NCBI GenBank assembly: GCA_002269645.1
Contig: NIVC01001450.1
Span: 1-64,000 of the forward strand
DNA from: Macrostomum lignano
Taxonomy: Eukaryota
Direction: 5' to 3'
Length of the DNA: 64,000 bases
Part shown: piece by piece, positions 62,409-64,000 of the stretch
Position numbering within the stretch: position 1 is the stretch's first letter
How the letters are laid out: the number at the start of each line of letters is the position of its first letter
The notes under the pieces: model-generated
What the model was told of the DNA's origin: nothing
Database searches by the model: none
The model's input: the letters and a program-made list of their open reading frames with translations, nothing else
Translations under genes and position numbers: made by a program

Positions 62409-64000
62409 TTAGTGTCTGCTTCCCCACTGCTGGAGCAGGTCGGACACTTGACAGGTCCGGTACCTGACAGGCGGGCGGATAGGGCGTCCGTACCTGGATC
62501 TGGGTACGTCAGCCGGGGCTGGTGGTTCCACTGCTTGCGCAGCGACTGGATTCGCAGCAACCTCAGGTGGTTCTATTTGCTCGGAGGAAGGATCCCCCAA
62601 GGAAGCCGTGTACAGCGATTCTGAGCTGTCTTGGCTGTGGCTGGTGTCAGTGTCTGTGCTGTCAGTGTCAGTGTCTGGCTGTAGCTGTCCCTCAATGGCT
62701 ACAGCATCGCCAGCTTCGGCGAATGGTTGGCCTTTTCCAGCTTCAGCTCCCGCCCCCTCCTCAAAGGCGCCTGAAGCTGGCGGTGGTGGATTTGGCCCTG
62801 GTGCTCTGCGTGGGCTCTCTGGCCGGGCAGAGGGAGGCTAGGGAATGGTGACGAGGCTAAGCTCGCTCGTGGGTCCGCTGGGCAGGTTCACACTAGGCGC
62901 TGGAGATCTGGCATGGGTGGCCTCATCATACCGGTCAATTACATCTTGGTAAGTGGGCTGTCTGATACACGGTTTGAGGCGGTCAATGTTGTAGATGTTG
63001 TGGCGCGGATTTGGCACCCGATCTGCTGGGTTTAGGAGACCATACTCGGGGGACTAAACGGTAAGTCCGCTCGGAGCAGCGCTGCATTACTCGGTATGGC
63101 CCCAACCACACAGCGGGTTCTTTGCCCTTGTGATTTGGGTTCAAGACCCAGACTAATTCTCCCTCGTGGAACTCAGCGCGGAGGGCGCGGCAGTCGTAAT
63201 ACCTTTTCTGCCTTTCCTGGGCTTTACCCTTAGTGCGGCGGGCTAGGGCAGAGGTTTTGACTAGCGTGCGGTGCAACTGGTGGGCGTACCTTTCCGGCTG
63301 GTAGTGCTCATTTGGCGGTGGATTGTGACAGAAGTCGAGCGGCAGTTCAAACTCACGCCCGAAGAAAAGTTTGGCTGGAGTAAATCCGGTGGATTCGGCG
63401 ACTGTGGCACGGATTGACATGGCGGCCAGGCGGCTGGCAAGGGGCCAGTCGCATTGTCTCTCAAGACAAATGGCTCTAATCTGGGCTTTCACCATCTGGA
63501 TCATCCTCTCAGCTTTACCGTTAGCCTGAGGGCAACAGGCTGTGATCCGACCCATGTCAATCTGTAGGAGCCTAGTTAATTCTATCATGGTACTATTGAT
63601 GAAGGCAGTTCTGTTATCAGACACCAACTGCTCCATCACCCCATACCTGGCAACCCATTCAGTCAGGATGGTTGTGGCAGTGGTCTCTGCGCTGACGTCA
63701 GAAATAGGAACTACTTCGACAAACCCGGTGAACCGGTCAATCATAACCAGCAGGTACTTGTACCCCTCACACTCTTCGAATGGGCCTGCGTGGTCCACGT
63801 GGACAACCTGGTTCGGGTAGCCGGACAGTTCTAGTTGCATAGGGGCCTTGAGCTTACGCTTTGACTTCTTAGTCTTAGCGCAAACGGTGCATTTGGCCAG
63901 GACCCCCTTGACTATAGTATCTAAGTCGGAAATAACAAAGCGCGCCTTCAGGGCGGCCATCGTCTTGGTGATACCGCAATGGTTCAACTGGCCATGATAC
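62409..64000 (-). pseudogene. Gypsy integrase (C-terminal pol) with a frameshifted tail
   Basis: HCGITKT...CTVC zinc finger; VHVDHAGP, LVSDNR (DNG variant) and NGKAERM catalytic triad; WLGPYRV (GPY/F). NIDRLKP and RSRYGRPIRPPVRY lie in other frames downstream. Confidence 0.88.

Larger units (their letters stand above)
59526..64000 (-). mobile_element. 3' part of a Gypsy/Ty3 LTR retrotransposon, running off the window
   Basis: Integrase, a non-coding 3' region of about 2 kb, minus-strand PPT GGAAGGGAGGCGGG, and a TG...CA-bounded putative 3' LTR. Confidence 0.8.

Overview
Eukaryotic, very probably animal, repeat-rich genomic DNA with short spliceosomal introns and no prokaryotic features or CRISPR. 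GC-rich polyQ coding exons and intronic minisatellites resemble flatworm (Macrostomum-like) DNA, but that is only a guess. Host genes: a frameshifted rhodopsin-type GPCR (441-1523), an intact 5-exon FAM193-family gene (10958-6571), two nearly identical divergently oriented 3-exon VMO1 genes inside a 1.4-kb inverted duplication (38846-40268 / 49774-51198), and an unassigned 3-exon repeat-protein gene. Most of the rest is mobile DNA: a MULE transposase relic, three TIR elements with intact 8-, 2/3- and 9-bp TSDs, tRNA-derived SINEs, and an intron-containing OTU-bearing Helitron fused head-to-tail to a satellite-expanded non-autonomous Helitron. There is also a Polinton/adintovirus-type PolB split by an Ngaro-like tyrosine-recombinase retrotransposon, a complete non-coding LTR element with an unusually long tRNA-Gln-like primer-binding region, and the 3' part of a Gypsy element. 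Most interesting: patchy C>T/G>A hypermutation that also hits CpA (RIP-like) in old repeats at about 11.4-21.8 kb, the Helitron tandem junction, the VMO1 inverted duplication around the PolB/Ngaro wreck, and the tRNA-carrying LTR element. All homology calls are by motif recognition; no database search was run.
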